64,000 bases of DNA, from contig CAYWWY010000002.1 in assembly GCA_964462525.1 (NCBI GenBank), positions 193,493-257,492 of the forward strand, read 5' to 3'. Positions 1 to 11,947 of this stretch are shown piece after piece. The notes under the pieces are model-generated. The model searched no databases. It was not told the origin of the DNA and saw nothing but the letters and a program-made list of their open reading frames with translations. A program made the translations under genes and the position numbers. This stretch comes from an uncultured Thermotogaceae bacterium (GTDB lineage: Bacteria > Thermotogota > Thermotogae > MWEM01). How positions within the stretch are numbered: the stretch's first letter is position 1; each line of letters begins with the position of its first letter.

Positions 1-141
1 AACTAAAAGTCATGGTAAATATATTCGGGAGAGAAACCCCAGTAATGGTTCATCTCAGCGAAGTGCAAAAACTATAGCATTATCCCTTACAGGAAAGGCT
101 GTGGGAGGGGAAACCCGTCAGCACCACAAAGGAGGAGTTTT

Positions 142-567
142 ATGGCAAAGAAAGTACTGACTCAGGTAAAACTGCAGTTGCCTGCAGGAAAAGCAACACC
201 CGCACCACCCGTAGGACCCGCATTGGGTCAGCATGGAGTCAATATTATGGGTTTTTGCAAACAGTTCAACGCAGAAACTTCAGATCAAACAGGAACCATT
301 ATCCCTGTTGTGATCACTGTTTTCGAGGACCGGTCATTCTCATTCATCAAAAAAACACCCCCCGCATCCTTTTTGATCCTGAAAGAAGCGGGCGTCAAAA
401 AGGGTTCCTCCGTGCCCAACAAAGAGAAAGTGGGAAAAATTACCAAAGCTCAGATTGAAAAAATTGCTCAGATCAAGATGCCTGATCTCAATGCCAATGA
501 CCTGGAAGGCGCTATGCAAATCATCGCCGGTACAGCCAGGAGCATGGGCATTGAAACGGTCGAGTGA
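142..567 (+). CDS. rplK: 50S ribosomal protein L11
   Basis: 141-aa ORF; N-terminus [23 protein letters not shown] is the typical L11 signature; RBS aaaggagg upstream; first gene of the L11-L1-L10-L7/L12-rpoBC cluster. Confidence 0.95.
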   Translation: MAKKVLTQVKLQLPAGKATPAPPVGPALGQHGVNIMGFCKQFNAETSDQTGTIIPVVITVFEDRSFSFIKKTPPASFLILKEAGVKKGSSVPNKEKVGKITKAQIEKIAQIKMPDLNANDLEGAMQIIAGTARSMGIETVE

Positions 568-579
568 GGGGGGAAACCG

Positions 580-1275
580 ATGCCGAAACGATCCAAACGA
601 TACGAAGCAGGCAAAGAAAAGATTGATCGATTAAGAACTTATAGCATCCAAGATGCCGTTAAGCTTGTCAAAGAAATTGCAACTGCCAAATTTGACGAAA
701 CGGTAGAACTCCATATCAGCACGTCCATCGATCCTCGAAAAGCGGAACAACAGATTCGAAATACCATCTCTCTGCCTCATGGCACAGGAAAGGTCATTCG
801 GGTCCTTGTTTTTGCGAAAGGGGATGCTGCTGAAAAGGCGAAAGAAGCCGGTGCGGACTATGTCGGCGCCGAAGACTATGCCGAAAAGATCATGAATGAA
901 GGATGGACAGATTTTGATGTTGCTATTGCCACGCCCGATATGATGAGAATTATCGGAAGGTTGGGAAAAGTGTTGGGACCGCGCGGTCTCATGCCTTCTC
1001 CCAAATCCGGAACCGTAACCGATGATGTGGAAGAAGCGGTAAAAGCATTTAAACTTGGCCGAGTTGAGGCAAGAAACGATAAAACCGGCAATATCCATAT
1101 TCCGATTGGAAAAAAATCCTTTAAAGATGAAGCACTGCAGGAAAACCTTGAGAATGCTTTGCGGCAAATCATGGGATTAAAACCGCCTGCCTTGAAAGGA
1201 AGGCTTTTCAAAAAAGTCGCTATTGCCCCAACCATGGGCACAGGGATTAAACTGGATTCTTCGTTTTTGGAATAA
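580..1275 (+). CDS. rplA: 50S ribosomal protein L1
   Basis: 231-aa ORF 12 nt after rplK; L1-like sequence (..VDPRK..QQIR..LPHGTGK..RVLVFA..) in the conserved position. Confidence 0.95.
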   Translation: MPKRSKRYEAGKEKIDRLRTYSIQDAVKLVKEIATAKFDETVELHISTSIDPRKAEQQIRNTISLPHGTGKVIRVLVFAKGDAAEKAKEAGADYVGAEDYAEKIMNEGWTDFDVAIATPDMMRIIGRLGKVLGPRGLMPSPKSGTVTDDVEEAVKAFKLGRVEARNDKTGNIHIPIGKKSFKDEALQENLENALRQIMGLKPPALKGRLFKKVAIAPTMGTGIKLDSSFLE

Positions 1276-1289
1276 AGAAATCAAGTGGG

Positions 1290-1450
1290 TACACCAAAGA
1301 CAGTAGGTCATAAAATCCTACCGAGGTGGAGTCCACCTCCATACCGATGTGTGGAAGGTAGACTTTTCGAGGAGTTCGATTGCGAACGTGCACGCAACCG
1401 TCTCTCTTCGCCTCGGCCTTGGAAGAAGGCCGTTTCTTTTTGGAGGGAGG
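1290..1450 (+). promoter_or_regulatory. Putative ribosomal protein L10 (rplJ) autoregulatory leader
   Basis: About 180 nt of structured noncoding RNA between rplA and rplJ, with GC-rich self-complementary segments (ggtggagtccacctcc, cctcggccttggaagaaggccg). This is the position of the L10 leader in many bacteria. Not folded computationally. Confidence 0.3.
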
Positions 1451-1457
1451 TGAAAGG

Positions 1458-1991
1458 ATGCTTACAAAAGCAAAAAAGGAACAGATTGTACACGAATTGA
1501 CCGATAATTTGCAGAAGAGTCCGATCCTTGTCGTTGTAGACTATCGCGGTTTGAGTGTCACGTTGATCAGTGAGCTCCGAAAGGCAATCCGTCAGGACGG
1601 GGGCGTTCTGCAGGTATGCAAAAATACCCTGGCCAAACGAGCAATCCAAAATATAGATATTCAAGACGCGGCGCTAATTGACCATTTGGATGGAACAAAT
1701 GCCTTTTTCTTCGTAAAAGAAGGCGGAGATCCCATTGCCGCACTAAAGCAACTGGTCAAATTCGGGAAAGAGAAAAAAATCCCAGAAATCAAGTTCGGGT
1801 ACTTCGAAGGAAAGGTTTATAATGCAGAAGGAATGATCGAAATATCCAAACTACCATCCCGGGATCAGTTGCTGGCTATGGTGTTGAATACAATGCAGGC
1901 ACCAATTACGGGTCTTGTAGTCGCAATGTCTGGGATTATCCGAAATCTTGCGTACGCAATCAAAGCCATTCAAGAAAAAAAAGAATCCTAA
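1458..1991 (+). CDS. rplJ: 50S ribosomal protein L10
   Basis: ATG at 1458 preceded by ggaggtgaaagg RBS; product MLTKAKKEQIV.. is L10-like. The listed ORF from 1380 is a 5' read-through of the leader. Confidence 0.9.
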   Translation: MLTKAKKEQIVHELTDNLQKSPILVVVDYRGLSVTLISELRKAIRQDGGVLQVCKNTLAKRAIQNIDIQDAALIDHLDGTNAFFFVKEGGDPIAALKQLVKFGKEKKIPEIKFGYFEGKVYNAEGMIEISKLPSRDQLLAMVLNTMQAPITGLVVAMSGIIRNLAYAIKAIQEKKES

Positions 1992-2017
1992 AAAACAATT
2001 ATGGAGGTGGATGAAAT

Positions 2018-2401
2018 ATGTCCAAAGAAGAGTTCATTCAAGCAATTGAGACAATGACAGTAGCAGAGTTGGCTGATTTAGTAAAGGCTTTAGAAGAGCG
2101 GTTTGGAGTTACCGCCGCGGCGCCTGTTGCTGTAGCAAGCGCAGCAGGAGCAGCCGCAGCCGGAGAACCCGAAGAAGAGAAGACGGATTTTGATCTGTTC
2201 TTGAAGAGTTTTGGCGCAAATAAGGTGGCAGTAATCAAGGTTGTACGAGAGTTGACGGGTTTGAATCTGAAAGACGCAAAGGATGCTGTGGAAAAAGCTG
2301 GTTCAGCCGATGCAATCATTAAACAAGCCATGAAAAAGGAAGAAGCCGAAGAAGCCAAGAAGAAACTGGTAGAGGCCGGAGCGGAAGTCGAACTCAAATA
2401 A
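2018..2401 (+). CDS. rplL: 50S ribosomal protein L7/L12
   Basis: 127 aa; Ala-rich flexible hinge ([18 protein letters not shown]), C-terminal ..[19 protein letters not shown].. signature. Confidence 0.95.
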   Translation: MSKEEFIQAIETMTVAELADLVKALEERFGVTAAAPVAVASAAGAAAAGEPEEEKTDFDLFLKSFGANKVAVIKVVRELTGLNLKDAKDAVEKAGSADAIIKQAMKKEEAEEAKKKLVEAGAEVELK

Positions 2402-2432
2402 GATCAAAAAGAAAGAACATTTGTTGATCAGG

Positions 2433-2476
2433 CCACGCGACAATGATTTGTCGCGTGGATCTGGTATGTTTTTTTG
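2433..2476 (+). terminator. Putative rplL-rpoB attenuator/partial terminator hairpin
   Basis: ccacgcgac-aatgattt-gtcgcgtgg inverted repeat followed, about 11 nt later, by tttttttg; lies in the classical rplL-rpoB intergenic attenuator position. Confidence 0.35.
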
Positions 2477-2514
2477 TTAGCTGGTGATCTGTATCCTCTC
2501 AAGGGGGTAATGGT

Positions 2515-5500
2515 ATGAAGAAAGCGAATTTCGGTCGAAGAGAACGACAAGTGTACGGAAAAATCGAAGAAACCGTTGCTGTTGAGAACCTGAACGATAT
2601 CCAAACCGTCTCATATGCACGATTTCTGGACGAAGGGGTTTTCCACGTATTAAAAAAGTTTTCCCCCATTCGATCTCAGCCACATCGAGGAGATCTCCGA
2701 AAGGATGAAAAGGGCTTTGTTCTGGAGTTTTCCGGTACCCGACTAGGCCAACCAAAAGAATGGGAAGATCACTGCAAAGCCAAAGGAACCACCTATAGCA
2801 TACCGATTTACGTAACCATTCGTGTTTCGGATTTGCGAACCGGAGAGATGAGGGAAGAGGAAACCTTTTTTGGTAGCATCCCTTATATGACGGATCGAGG
2901 TTCTTTTGTAATTAATGGAGTCGAGCGGGTGGTCGTAAACCAATTGGTTCGTTCACCCGGTGTGTACTTTGTGGATGAACCAAGAACCCCTGCCAATAGC
3001 CCAATCTATGTCGCCCATTTTCTTCCCCAACGGGGCGCTTGGCTAGAGATCATGCTGAACACCAACAAGGGAATTCTGCAAGCGCGGATTGATCGAAGAA
3101 GAAAGGTCAATTTGCTCCTGTTTTTTAAGGCAGTTGGTTTTGACAATAATATGGAGCTATTTGCTCATTTCCCTTATGTGCTGGACGAGTTTGAACAAAA
3201 AGACCTGGAAGAACATACTCATAGTTTCATCCTGGAAGACATACGGACTGGCGGAGGCGAGCTAATTGCTTCCAAAGGTTCTCTTCTGGACAAAGAAACC
3301 ATACTTAAAATTGTGGAAGCGGAAATCTCACAAATTACAATCTTGGATCCCTATCTACAAAGAACATATGAAAACCTAGACGATGACCTGAAGGAAGCCG
3401 ATGAAGACACGGCGGTTATGGAGTTGTTCCGTAAGCTCAAACCAGGTGAGATCCCTCGGGTGAATACTGCGAAAAATTACCTGTACAATCTCTATTTCAG
3501 CGCGGAAAAGTATGATTTTTCTGAGGTTGGGCGGTATAAAATGAACCGTCGATTGAACAAAACCTATCAGAAATACTTATCCAACATGAATGAATCGGAA
3601 CCCCGCCTTTATGAAGAAATATCTTCGGTTATTCGTGAGATGGACATTCTTTTGGCCACCATGCATTTGATCGATTTGGAAAAAGACCCCACTCTATTGG
3701 ATACCAAAGACCATTTGGGGAACAAACGGGTTCGAACTGTGGGAGAACTTTTGGAATCCGAGTTTGAACGAGGGTTTTCAAAAATCCAGAGACAAATCCA
3801 AGAACGACTTACCCTGTACAACTCTTTGGATAAGGTATCTATGCAGAGTTTGATCAACGTGCGTCCGATTATTGTCTCGATGAACCAATTCTTTGCGAGC
3901 AGTCAACTTTCTCAGTTTATGGAACAGGTAAACCCGTTGGCTGAGCTCACCCATAAACGAAGACTTTCTGCGATCGGGCCGGGTGGATTGAAACGGGAAC
4001 GGGCAAAAATCGAGGTCAGAGATGTCCACGATTCTCATTATGGCCGAATGTGTCCGATTGAAACGCCAGAAGGCGCGAATATTGGGCTTATCACATCCCT
4101 TTCTTCCTTTGCCAAAATTGATAAGTTCGGGTTTCTGATCACCCCATACCGAAAGGTCGCGAATGGAAGGGTTACTGATGAAATTATCTATTTAACCGCC
4201 GACGAAGAAGAACACTACAATATTGCCCAAGCGAACACCCCGCTCTCCAAAAATGGAGAAATCGCCGTAGATTTTCCTACTGTCCGGTTTCATAGCGAAA
4301 TTAAGTATATCGAAAAGAATCAAGTCGACTTTATCGATGTTTCCCCCAAGCAAACCATCGCGATTTCAACAGCTTTGATCCCGTTTTTGGAGCATGATGA
4401 CTCCAACCGAGCCATGATGGGATCCAATATGCAACGGCAAGCCGTTCCGCTTGTTCACCCGGAAGCGCCCAAAGTAGGCACGGGAATTGAGTGGATTGCC
4501 GGACGAGATTCGGGCTTTGTTGTCTTGGCCAAATATCCCGGCCAGGTCGTGAAAATGGATGCCAGCGCTATCCGGATCCATAGAAGGGATGAAGAAGGAA
4601 AGCTGATGTTCGATGGGAAAAACCCAATTGTCGATGCCTATCAGCTGAAAAAATTCGTTCGTTCCAATCAGGATACGATGATCAACCAGCGTCCGATCGT
4701 GAATATTGGAGAGTACGTGAATGTCGGAGACCCGATCGCTGATGGACCCGCTACGGATATGGGAGAACTCGCGCTCGGGCAGAATGTTATGGTCGCGTTC
4801 ATGCCGTGGGAAGGGTACAATTTTGAAGACGCCATGCTGATGAGTGAAGAGCTTCTGGAACAGGACACATTCACCTCTGTCCATATCGAAATGTACGAGG
4901 TCAACGCGCGAGAAACTCGTTTGGGTCCCGAAGAGATCACACCAGATATACCGAACGTTGGTCGAGATCGTCTGAAAAACCTTGATGAGCAAGGCATCAT
5001 TCGAATTGGCGCTTTTGTGACTTCTGAAGATATTTTGGTCGGAAAAGTAACCCCCAAAGGCGAAGCGGAAATCTCTCCAGAAGAAAAGATCATCCGTTCT
5101 GTATTTGGAGACCGGGGAAGGGACATACGCGATACTTCTCTGAAACTGCCGCATGGAGTGAATGGCCGAGTGATTGATGTCCAAATTTTCCAAAAAGATG
5201 ATGTTTCCGAGCTGGGTCCAGGGGTCAATACGATGGTGCGGGTATATGTAGCCTGTAGAAAACCGTTGGATATCGGAGACAAGTTTGCGGGTCGGCATGG
5301 AAATAAAGGGGTGGTGTCCAAAATTCTCCCCAAACAGGATATGCCGTTTATGCCAGATGGCAAACCGATCAATATCATTTTGAATCCATTGGGTGTGCCT
5401 TCGAGAATGAATATTGGACAAATTTTGGAAACGCATCTCGGATGGCTCGCTGATTTGAATGGTTGGTTTGTTGCAACACCCGTATTCGATGGGGCGAAAG

Positions 5501-6018
5501 AAGATGAGGTCCTGAGCGCTTTGTATAAACGGAGAAGCGAACTGGGGATCACAGAAGGAGATCATCCCAAAACCATGTCCGGGAAAGTATTCCTGCGAGA
5601 TGGTCGTACAGGAGAACCTTTTGCCAATCCGGTTGTTGTCGGTATTATGTATATTATGAAACTGGTCCATATCGCTCAAGACAAAATACACGCGCGCAGT
5701 GTTGGACCATACTCTTTGATTCATCAGCAACCTTTGGGAGGAAAAGCGCAGTTCGGTGGGCAACGGTTTGGAGAAATGGAAGTATGGGCTTTAGAAGCCT
5801 ATGGCGCAACCAATACTCTGAACGAAATGCTGACAATCAAATCAGACGATGTCTTTGGAAGAAATGAAGTATACATGGCCATTTCAAAAAACAAGAACGT
5901 TCCGGAAGCTGGAATTCCGGAAAGCTTCAAAGTTTTGGTGAAAGAATTGAGGGGAGTAGCCCTTGATGTAAAAGTATATGACGAACATGGGAATGAAATC
6001 CTCTTGGATAAAGAGTGA
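2515..6018 (+). CDS. rpoB: DNA-directed RNA polymerase subunit beta
   Basis: 1167-aa ORF with hallmark beta motifs (..GNKGV(V)SKI.., ..[18 protein letters not shown]..). Confidence 0.97.
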   Translation: MKKANFGRRERQVYGKIEETVAVENLNDIQTVSYARFLDEGVFHVLKKFSPIRSQPHRGDLRKDEKGFVLEFSGTRLGQPKEWEDHCKAKGTTYSIPIYVTIRVSDLRTGEMREEETFFGSIPYMTDRGSFVINGVERVVVNQLVRSPGVYFVDEPRTPANSPIYVAHFLPQRGAWLEIMLNTNKGILQARIDRRRKVNLLLFFKAVGFDNNMELFAHFPYVLDEFEQKDLEEHTHSFILEDIRTGGGELIASKGSLLDKETILKIVEAEISQITILDPYLQRTYENLDDDLKEADEDTAVMELFRKLKPGEIPRVNTAKNYLYNLYFSAEKYDFSEVGRYKMNRRLNKTYQKYLSNMNESEPRLYEEISSVIREMDILLATMHLIDLEKDPTLLDTKDHLGNKRVRTVGELLESEFERGFSKIQRQIQERLTLYNSLDKVSMQSLINVRPIIVSMNQFFASSQLSQFMEQVNPLAELTHKRRLSAIGPGGLKRERAKIEVRDVHDSHYGRMCPIETPEGANIGLITSLSSFAKIDKFGFLITPYRKVANGRVTDEIIYLTADEEEHYNIAQANTPLSKNGEIAVDFPTVRFHSEIKYIEKNQVDFIDVSPKQTIAISTALIPFLEHDDSNRAMMGSNMQRQAVPLVHPEAPKVGTGIEWIAGRDSGFVVLAKYPGQVVKMDASAIRIHRRDEEGKLMFDGKNPIVDAYQLKKFVRSNQDTMINQRPIVNIGEYVNVGDPIADGPATDMGELALGQNVMVAFMPWEGYNFEDAMLMSEELLEQDTFTSVHIEMYEVNARETRLGPEEITPDIPNVGRDRLKNLDEQGIIRIGAFVTSEDILVGKVTPKGEAEISPEEKIIRSVFGDRGRDIRDTSLKLPHGVNGRVIDVQIFQKDDVSELGPGVNTMVRVYVACRKPLDIGDKFAGRHGNKGVVSKILPKQDMPFMPDGKPINIILNPLGVPSRMNIGQILETHLGWLADLNGWFVATPVFDGAKEDEVLSALYKRRSELGITEGDHPKTMSGKVFLRDGRTGEPFANPVVVGIMYIMKLVHIAQDKIHARSVGPYSLIHQQPLGGKAQFGGQRFGEMEVWALEAYGATNTLNEMLTIKSDDVFGRNEVYMAISKNKNVPEAGIPESFKVLVKELRGVALDVKVYDEHGNEILLDKE

Positions 6019-6030
6019 TGGGGGTGCGCG

Positions 6031-9000
6031 ATGAGAAAGATTGACCATGTCAAAATAACGATGGCTTCTCCAGATACGATCATGGGTTGGACCAATGGAG
6101 AGGTAAAAAAACCGGAAACCATCAATTATCGAACCTTCAAACCCGAACGAGACGGGTTGTTTTGCGAAAAGATCTTTGGGCCTACCAAAGACTATGAATG
6201 CTCGTGTGGAAAGTATAAGGGAAAGAAATACGAAGGAACTGTTTGTGAGCGATGCGGCGTTCGGATTGAACCAAAGTCTTCTCGAAGGTTTAATATGGGT
6301 CATATCGATCTTGCGGCTCCGGTTGTTCATCTTTGGTACTTGAAAAGCACCCCAAGCATTCTTGCCAATCTACTCAGCATGGCCAGCAAAGATTTGGAGA
6401 ATATTATCTATTTTGGTTCTTTGCGAATTATTGAAAAGATGTTTATGGTGGTCAACAAAAAGAATACCCCCTTCGATAGCGGCGATACCCTGTATGAAAC
6501 CGAGTTCTCCATCTACAATGAGTTTTGGGATTTTGAAGCAGAACCGGCAGTGATCGTGAAAAATCCGATGGGACCCGTCCGAGCGGAAGTCGGGGGGGAA
6601 GTGTCAATCATAGAGGAAGAGACGCATACGGGCAAACTCATCAATTGGGTTCACATCACCGATAAAGTCAGCAAAGGCCATACTTTGCACAAAGACACCA
6701 CGCTAAACGTACGGGCCGGAGAACGGGTGGAAGAAGGACAAGAATTGGCCAGCGAGCAGACTCATCCCGCCCTTTACGCGCCGATTGATGGAACGGTTGA
6801 TGTAGATGAAGGGCTAGGAACGGTATCCGTTGAACCGATCATTACGAGCGGAGATCAGCCGGTTACATTCAGCATACCCTATGGAGCCAAAGTGTTGGTG
6901 AAAGACGAATCAAAAGTGAAAAAAGGAGATCCCCTCACCGAGATGGTCACCTATGACCCCATTCGGTCTAAATTTTCGGGCCAAGTGGTCTTCGGAAAGG
7001 GGTTAACGGTTGCTTCAGGACCGGATGGCCGACTCGTCACCGCTTCGAACGGACAGATTCTGATCGAAAACATTATTGAAGAAAAGAAATACCCCATCAT
7101 TGAAGGGTCCATCCTCTATGTCAACGAAGGCGAAATCGTAGAAAAGGATGCCCATATCGCCGATCGGTTTGTCTATGAGGAAGAAATCTTATCCCTAACG
7201 GAGTATAAAACCCTCGAAAACTACTATCCCGGCATGTTTAATGTCGAAGCGGAGATTGAAAACGATCGCCCGATTCTGGTGATTACCGAGATTGATGAAG
7301 CGGTATCCCAAGAAATCGGCAAAAAAGTCGGGGACATATTGACCGACAATGAGTACGAGGCCTATCATACTGTGTATCCTGGCAAGATTGAAGCCCAGAC
7401 CGGCGCTGAAGCGGTTAAGATCCTTTTGGAAAAACTAGATTTGGAGAAAATCCGAGTCGAAATCGAAGATGAACTTCGACTGATTCCTCGATCCAATGCA
7501 CGTGTCCTTAAATTGAGAAAACGGTTGCAGATCGTCAAGGATCTTCTGACCTCTGATAACGATCCAACGTGGATGATCTTGAATTCTGTTCCTGTAATCC
7601 CTCCCGAACTTCGACCGATGATCCAGATCGAAGGGGGCCGGTTTGCGACAACCGATTTGAATGATCTATACCGAAGAGTCATCAATCGAAACAATCGTTT
7701 ATCCAAATTAATGAACTTGAACGCGCCGGATGTAATCGTTCGCAATGAGAAGCGGATGCTGCAACAGGCGGTCGACGCGCTCATTTATAATGGTCGGATG
7801 TCCAAACCGATTACAGACCGGGGCGGACGCCCCCTAAAATCCTTAACAGACCTTCTGAAAGGAAAGAAAGGACGGTTTCGGAGGAATCTGTTGGGAAAAC
7901 GGGTGGACTATTCGGGGCGTGCCGTCATAGTAGTCGGTCCTGAACTGAGAATCCATGAATGCGGAATCCCGAAAAAGATGGCGCTTGAACTCTTCAAACC
8001 CTTTGTGTTGGCCAAACTCTTGGGAGATGAAACCACTTCCAAAACAGCACGAAAACTGAAAAAAGCCATCATCGAAAAGGAAATGCCCCAGGCGTGGGAA
8101 GTGCTGGAAGATGTGATCAAAGAACACCCGATCATGCTGAACCGAGCACCTACTCTTCATCGGATCTCTATCCAATCCTTCATGCCCCGTTTGGTAGAAG
8201 GAAACGCCATTCGTCTTCATCCGTTGGTGTGTCCGCCATTCAACGCAGACTTCGACGGAGACCAAATGGCAGTGCATGTTCCTTTGTCCGCAAAAGCCCA
8301 AGCAGAGGTCAAACTGTTGATGCTCTCCCGGTACAACATCATCTCACCGGCAGATGGACAACCGTTATCAAGACCGGACAAGGAAATCATCGTCGGGATT
8401 TACTATCTAACGCTGGCCCAAAAAGGCTTTGATCAAACCCCCGAAGAAGAGATCCCCTACCGGTTCAGCTCCTTGGAAGAAGGATTGCTGGCGATGGAGT
8501 TCTCCAAGATCAATCAGTCTGAAAAACCACTGGACCTCCATACACCCGTCCTCATGGATATCGAAGGCGGCCGAGGAGGAACACCATGGAGAATAAAGAC
8601 CACTTTAGGCCGCGCGATTTGGAACGAAATCATCCCCACCGATTTTCAAGACTATCAGAAAACCTTTGGAAAAAAACAGATCAAAGAACTAATCTATGAG
8701 ACCTTCAAAAAATTCGGGATCGACCGCACGGCTGACTTGTTAGACGACATTAAAGACCTTGGATTCCATTACGCAACCCAAGCAGGGCTAACCATTTCGG
8801 TTGTGGATGTCGTGATCTCTCCCAAGAAGAAAGACTTCATTCGTCAAGCGGAGAAAAAGATCAAAGAGATTGAAGCCTACTACAAAAAAGGATTTTTGAC
8901 TTCTTTGGAACGGAAGAGAGAGGTCATCAAGATCTGGGATAAGACGACAGAATCGATTCAAAAGGAAACCTACGACTATCTAGGCAAGGACCTGTTCAAC

Positions 9001-11022
9001 CCCTTGTACATGATGGTGGCTTCGGGCGCCAGAGGAAATATCGACCAGATCAAACAACTGGCTGGGATGCGCGGTCTTATGGTTGGACCTGCGGGAGATA
9101 TCATCGAGCTGCCCATTCGCGCGAACTTCCGCGAGGGACTTAGTGTCATGGAATTCTTCATGTCCACCCACGGCGGAAGAAAAGGATCCGCAGACACCGC
9201 TTTGCGAACGGCAAATGCCGGCTATCTGACACGAAGATTGGTCGATGTCTCCCAAGGGATTGTCGTACTGAAAGCAGATTGCGGAACCCACCACGGAGTC
9301 GAAGCAACAGCCCTTCGCGATGAAGACATGGAGATCGAAAACTTGGAAAAGAACATCTTTGGTCGAGTTCTTGGCGAAGCAGTCATTCACCCGCGAACCG
9401 GCGAGGTGCTCCGGAATGATCAGGATCCTACGAGATCCTATGATCGGGATGTCATGCTCTATGACAATGACGCTCGCTTCCTGGCGACTTTCTCTCAGAA
9501 AGTGGATGTGATGAGGGAATACTCGCTTCGCTATCAAGACATGAAGAAAGACAATCATTCATACATAGAATTGAAAGAGGATATCTTTGCATCCAATGGT
9601 ATGCTCTTGTTTCAAGCGGGGACGCCCGTGAATTGGCATATGATGCAGGAATGCAACAATCATGGGATATCGGAAGTGAGTGTTTTGGAATTCCCTGTGG
9701 TGGGTAACTACTCCATTCAGAAGATTCGTTCGCAAGATGGCAAACGGATTCTTTTGCTGGAAGAAGAAAAGATCGATCCAGCGACAGCTCGCTTGCTCGC
9801 GGACGAAGATGTCACGGAAGTGGAAGTCCGACCGACCATAAAAATCCGGACCGTCTTTGATTGTGAAGCAGAGGATGGAGTGTGTGCCAAGTGCTATGGA
9901 ATGGATCTTTCGAATCACCGGATTGTGTCTGTGGGAGAAGCCGTTGGCATCATTGCAGCCCAATCAATCGGAGAACCGGGGACTCAGTTAACAATGAGAA
10001 CCTTTCACACAGGCGGAATCGCTTCAGCAGCAGACATTACCCAAGGGTTGCCCAGAGCAGAGGAGTTGTTCGAAGCCAGAAAGAAACTAAAAGAAAACCC
10101 TGCCATTTTCAGCAAAGTTCGTGGATTTGTGAAAGATATCAAGCAGGATGAAACCGGGAAAACCAAGATCTATCTAGAAGATTATGAAGGAAGAATCTCG
10201 GAGTATGAGCTCGCCTCCAATCTCAAAACTCGCAATCTTGTTGGAGACAAAGTCCTTCCGGGATCCGCTCTTTCCACCGGCGCCTTGCGTCCGAGAGAAC
10301 TAATGCAGGAGCTCGATGTGGATGCAACCTTCTCATACCTTCTTCGTGAAATCAAACGGGTATACTCGGAACAAGGAGTCGAAATCCACAACAAGCACAT
10401 CGAACTCATCATCAAACAAATGCTGAGCAAGGTTGAAGTGATTGATCCCGGTGACACCGACTTCCTTGTGGGCGATTTGGTCATGATTCAAGAAGTCCGA
10501 AAAGCCAACGAGACCCTTCTGAAAAACAATGCTAAAGTCAACGAAAATCGGAAACGGGTGCTAGGGAAAGAATTGGCCCGTCATGTCCTTACACGGGAAG
10601 ACAAAGAGCTTGTGGAGCTTGCTAAAGATGGGGAAACCGTTACTGAGTCCTTGCTCCAAAAGCTGGTTCGAGCGGGTGTGAAAGAAGTGGAGATTATTGA
10701 AGAACACGCCTCCGAACTCAACCCTGAACGCAAAACCAAAACCATTCAGATCTTAGCGAAAGAACCGGTCAAATATCGACGAAAACTATTGAGAATCACC
10801 AAAGCTTCTTTGGAACGAATTGGGTGGTTGAGTGCCGCTTCATTCCAACAAACTGCGCAAGTACTTACCGAGAGCGCGTTGCGCGGAAGCATCGATGAAC
10901 TGAAAGGACTTAAAGAAAACGTGATTATCGGACAGATTGTGCCTGCTGGAACCGGAATGGATTGGTATACTGCTATCGAATATGAGGAGTCTGTTTTCGG
11001 TCAAAAGAAGACCGCGATCTAA
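6031..11022 (+). CDS. rpoC: DNA-directed RNA polymerase subunit beta' (with lineage-specific insertions)
   Basis: 1663-aa ORF; zinc-binding CSCGKY..CERCGV N-terminus, [14 protein letters not shown] catalytic motif, bridge-helix/trigger-loop [28 protein letters not shown]; about 450 aa longer than a Bacillus-type beta'. Confidence 0.97.
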   Translation: MRKIDHVKITMASPDTIMGWTNGEVKKPETINYRTFKPERDGLFCEKIFGPTKDYECSCGKYKGKKYEGTVCERCGVRIEPKSSRRFNMGHIDLAAPVVHLWYLKSTPSILANLLSMASKDLENIIYFGSLRIIEKMFMVVNKKNTPFDSGDTLYETEFSIYNEFWDFEAEPAVIVKNPMGPVRAEVGGEVSIIEEETHTGKLINWVHITDKVSKGHTLHKDTTLNVRAGERVEEGQELASEQTHPALYAPIDGTVDVDEGLGTVSVEPIITSGDQPVTFSIPYGAKVLVKDESKVKKGDPLTEMVTYDPIRSKFSGQVVFGKGLTVASGPDGRLVTASNGQILIENIIEEKKYPIIEGSILYVNEGEIVEKDAHIADRFVYEEEILSLTEYKTLENYYPGMFNVEAEIENDRPILVITEIDEAVSQEIGKKVGDILTDNEYEAYHTVYPGKIEAQTGAEAVKILLEKLDLEKIRVEIEDELRLIPRSNARVLKLRKRLQIVKDLLTSDNDPTWMILNSVPVIPPELRPMIQIEGGRFATTDLNDLYRRVINRNNRLSKLMNLNAPDVIVRNEKRMLQQAVDALIYNGRMSKPITDRGGRPLKSLTDLLKGKKGRFRRNLLGKRVDYSGRAVIVVGPELRIHECGIPKKMALELFKPFVLAKLLGDETTSKTARKLKKAIIEKEMPQAWEVLEDVIKEHPIMLNRAPTLHRISIQSFMPRLVEGNAIRLHPLVCPPFNADFDGDQMAVHVPLSAKAQAEVKLLMLSRYNIISPADGQPLSRPDKEIIVGIYYLTLAQKGFDQTPEEEIPYRFSSLEEGLLAMEFSKINQSEKPLDLHTPVLMDIEGGRGGTPWRIKTTLGRAIWNEIIPTDFQDYQKTFGKKQIKELIYETFKKFGIDRTADLLDDIKDLGFHYATQAGLTISVVDVVISPKKKDFIRQAEKKIKEIEAYYKKGFLTSLERKREVIKIWDKTTESIQKETYDYLGKDLFNPLYMMVASGARGNIDQIKQLAGMRGLMVGPAGDIIELPIRANFREGLSVMEFFMSTHGGRKGSADTALRTANAGYLTRRLVDVSQGIVVLKADCGTHHGVEATALRDEDMEIENLEKNIFGRVLGEAVIHPRTGEVLRNDQDPTRSYDRDVMLYDNDARFLATFSQKVDVMREYSLRYQDMKKDNHSYIELKEDIFASNGMLLFQAGTPVNWHMMQECNNHGISEVSVLEFPVVGNYSIQKIRSQDGKRILLLEEEKIDPATARLLADEDVTEVEVRPTIKIRTVFDCEAEDGVCAKCYGMDLSNHRIVSVGEAVGIIAAQSIGEPGTQLTMRTFHTGGIASAADITQGLPRAEELFEARKKLKENPAIFSKVRGFVKDIKQDETGKTKIYLEDYEGRISEYELASNLKTRNLVGDKVLPGSALSTGALRPRELMQELDVDATFSYLLREIKRVYSEQGVEIHNKHIELIIKQMLSKVEVIDPGDTDFLVGDLVMIQEVRKANETLLKNNAKVNENRKRVLGKELARHVLTREDKELVELAKDGETVTESLLQKLVRAGVKEVEIIEEHASELNPERKTKTIQILAKEPVKYRRKLLRITKASLERIGWLSAASFQQTAQVLTESALRGSIDELKGLKENVIIGQIVPAGTGMDWYTAIEYEESVFGQKKTAI

Positions 11023-11038
11023 ACCATAGGATTCGATC

Positions 11039-11067
11039 TTGCACCTCAGGTGCGGATATGATATAAT
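11039..11067 (+). promoter_or_regulatory. Sigma-70-type promoter upstream of rpmE (-35 TTGCAC, 17-nt spacer, extended -10 TGATATAAT)
   Basis: TTGCAC at 11039-11044 and TGaTATAAT at 11059-11067, about 25 nt upstream of the rpmE GTG start. Confidence 0.4.
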
Positions 11068-11092
11068 ACACAGGACATTTTATGAGAGGTGA

Positions 11093-11308
11093 GTGTTGTT
11101 GAAGACAAAAATCCATCCTGTTCTGAAAAAGATTCAAGCCAGATGTGCATGTGGAGCGGAGTATGAAGTATGGTCCATTTCCGATGAGATGAAACTTGAT
11201 GTCTGTTCATCCTGTCATCCCTTTTTCCAGGGGAAAGGTGATTCGCTCATCATCGATACAGAAGGGCGAATTGACAAATTCCGAAAAAAATACGGCAACA
11301 AGTATTGA
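11093..11308 (+). CDS. rpmE: 50S ribosomal protein L31 (zinc-binding type)
   Basis: 71 aa, GTG start; ..IHP..C.C....C..CHPFF.GK... motif typical of L31. Confidence 0.9.
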   Translation: MLLKTKIHPVLKKIQARCACGAEYEVWSISDEMKLDVCSSCHPFFQGKGDSLIIDTEGRIDKFRKKYGNKY

Positions 11309-11365
11309 TGGTAAGAGCTTTTGATCTTACGGAAGGAGGCACTTCTGGTCTTCAGAAGGTAAAGC

Positions 11366-11776
11366 ATGTCTGAAAAGGGAAGCATTGTAGAAGGAAAAAT
11401 CTCGGGAATTCGCCGATTCGGCGCGTTCGTAGACCTTGAATCTGGAGAAAAGGGTCTGATCCATATTTCGAATATTGCCAGCGAGTATGTAAAAAATGTT
11501 GACGACTATTTAAAGGTTGGACAACCGATCAAGGCAAAAGTCTTGGGCATTACAAAAGACGGAAAGGTCGATTTGACGCTGAAAGGCTTGGATGATTCTG
11601 CCGTTCAACCTGTAACCGTGCACAGAAAGAGTGCGAGTGCCCATCAGAAATCCGAATCCGAGAGTGAAGATACGGATTTTGAAAAGAAACTTTCCAAATT
11701 CATGAAAGACTCCGAGAAGAAGATATCGGAGTTTCGAAGAGCTCGCCAGAAGAAGACAGGGAAAAGAGGAAGATGA
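11366..11776 (+). CDS. S1 RNA-binding domain protein (YugI/general stress protein 13-like)
   Basis: 136 aa; single S1 domain (GKISGIRRFGAFVDLESGEKGLIHISNIA..VKVGQPIKAKVLGI..) with an acidic/basic C-terminal tail. Confidence 0.75.
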   Translation: MSEKGSIVEGKISGIRRFGAFVDLESGEKGLIHISNIASEYVKNVDDYLKVGQPIKAKVLGITKDGKVDLTLKGLDDSAVQPVTVHRKSASAHQKSESESEDTDFEKKLSKFMKDSEKKISEFRRARQKKTGKRGR

Positions 11777-11784
11777 ATCACTGG

Positions 11785-11872
11785 GGAGGCGTGACCGAAT
11801 TGGCTAAGGAGCCGGTCTTGAAAATCGGTGGGGTAACCCCCCGTGTGGGTTCGAGTCCCACCGCCTCCGCCA
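11785..11872 (+). tRNA. tRNA-Ser (anticodon UGA)
   Basis: Hand-folded cloverleaf. Acceptor GGAGGCG/CGCCTCC; anticodon stem CCGGT/ATCGG with loop CTTGAAA (anticodon TGA); long variable arm; T-arm GGGTTCGAGTCCC; discriminator G and encoded CCA. Confidence 0.9.
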
Positions 11873-11947
11873 ATCGTCATCAAAGAAGTCCAGCCCCGAA
11901 CTAGGTTTTTCTTGATTGATTACTATCCTTATGAAGGAGGGAATTCA

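Noticed and set aside
255-458. 67-aa ORF in an alternative frame inside rplK
   Set aside because: It lies entirely within the conserved rplK coding sequence and is a spurious overlapping ORF.
4366-5763. Long antisense ORFs inside rpoB (465 aa and 294 aa), and similar ones inside rpoC (for example 8980..9558, 9559..9963)
   Set aside because: They are embedded in strongly conserved sense-strand coding sequence and show no motifs or RBS. They are typical spurious antisense ORFs in long conserved genes.
11023-11060. Hairpin gcacc-tca-ggtgc after rpoC
   Set aside because: No downstream U-tract, and it overlaps the putative -35 of the rpmE promoter, so it is not a convincing terminator.
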